Source: Catajapyx aquilonaris
Lineage: Eukaryota
NCBI GenBank assembly: GCA_000934665.2
Contig: KZ538069.1
Span: 124,001 to 159,281, forward strand
Direction of reading: 5' to 3'
DNA: 35,281 nucleotides
Shown: positions 34,327 to 35,281 of the stretch, piece after piece
How positions within the stretch are numbered: the first letter of the stretch is position 1
Layout of the letters: each line of letters begins with the position of its first letter
The notes under the pieces: generated by a model
Told to the model about the DNA's origin: nothing
The model's input: only the letters and a program-made list of their open reading frames with translations
Databases searched by the model: none
Program-made: the position numbers and the translations under genes

Positions 34327-34691
34327 CAGGGTGATCAAACTTTTTTGTCGTTTTAGTTATTGACAAATTCAGCCTAAGCTGCTTATATTGTAGCCCGTTA
34401 CCTGGCAACCCCGTCCGGCGGGCCAATTCAAACATCAACCCATGGAGAGCGCTTCCATTGTTGCCACTGTTTACAAATCGAGTGAGTGAGTGCGCAGGCA
34501 GGAGAGACCCGTCGCTGGGTCGTCCACGTCACTCACTCGATTTGTAAACAGTGGCAACAATGGAAGCGCTCTCCATGGGCTGATGTTTGAATTGGCCCGC
34601 CGGACGGGGTTGCCAGGTCACGGGCTACAATATAAGCAGCTTAGGCTGAATTTGTCAATAACTAAAACGACAAAAAAGTTTGATCACCCTG
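34327..34691. mobile_element. Young near-perfect palindromic Tc1/mariner-type MITE
   Basis: TA|CAGGGTGATCAAACTTTTTTG ... CAAAAAAGTTTGATCACCCTG|TA; arms of about 165 bp with very few mismatches. Confidence 0.95.
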
Positions 34692-34719
34692 TATACTGCT
34701 AGATGCGTAACTCGCTATC

Positions 34720-35055
34720 AGGGAGGCGGAGTGGTGCTGCGGTAACATATACGCCCACGTATGTTAAGGTCCCGGGTTCGATCCCAACCTGGGGACACCC
34801 CCTTCGTCTCGTGCAGATTTCAGGGTCACCTCTGGCTTCGTCTCGGGTGGTATTTCCACAGACTAAACCACCCGGGGGAGCTCACTAAAAATGGCCACAT
34901 TAAGACATTGCACTGCATGCCCTCCTGTCATCCTGCCTTTGGGCCCGGGCGTTACGTATAACGGCTCCAAATGTACTTGACATGTAATAAATAAAGGTCC
35001 GTGCTGCATTATCTCAGATGAGGTCAAGCACTACCCCGTATGATTATTATTAATA
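34720..35055 (+). mobile_element. SINE family D copy 2
   Basis: B box GGTTCGATCCC, (ATT)n tail, 12-bp TSD taactcgctatc (34708-34719 / 35056-35067). Confidence 0.88.
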
Positions 35056-35281
35056 TAACTCGCTATCCCTTTCTATACAAGCAAAGTGAAGCCTAATCAC
35101 GCCCAAAGTAAAGATGACGTCATCGTTACTTGGGCTTATCAGTACCATTGCATTACACTAGTACTAAGTTAAAAGTAACTAGTAGTACTTGCCCAAACCC
35201 AAAATAATTCGCTCACCCTGATATTTCCCAGTTGAGAATATGGAAATGACGATATATAAATTAATTGCACATAAATAGGGT

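Larger units (their letters stand above)
34095..35134. mobile_element. Foldback MITE whose right arm is split by two later insertions
   Basis: 34095-34207 is complementary to 34308-34326 + 34692-34719 + 35068-35134. Confidence 0.82.

Overview
Eukaryotic genomic DNA, most likely arthropod (inferred from the RBM25 sequence and the SINE types), with one assembly gap (5031-5238). The minus strand carries the last four coding exons of RBM25 (32201-31776, 29365-29199, 23713-23567, 21531-21439), which splice in frame into a complete PWI domain. Downstream on the same strand, a CpG-rich island (about 12.7-13.7 kb) looks like the promoter and non-coding first exon(s) of a second, unidentified gene; its probable start-codon exon is 9196-9098. 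Introns and intergenic DNA are crowded with non-autonomous elements, often nested: four tRNA-derived SINE families (one with a V-domain), decayed Tc1 and mariner-like transposons, and pogo-, piggyBac-, hAT- and Kolobok-like MITEs. The least explained part is about 0.9-5.7 kb, a GC-rich block of decayed, divergently arranged small ORFs with tiny intron-like units, tightly placed AATAAA/TATA signals, E2F-like sites and cyclin/CDK-type motifs. It is a candidate remnant of a DNA virus or large DNA transposon, but no hallmark gene is recognisable.
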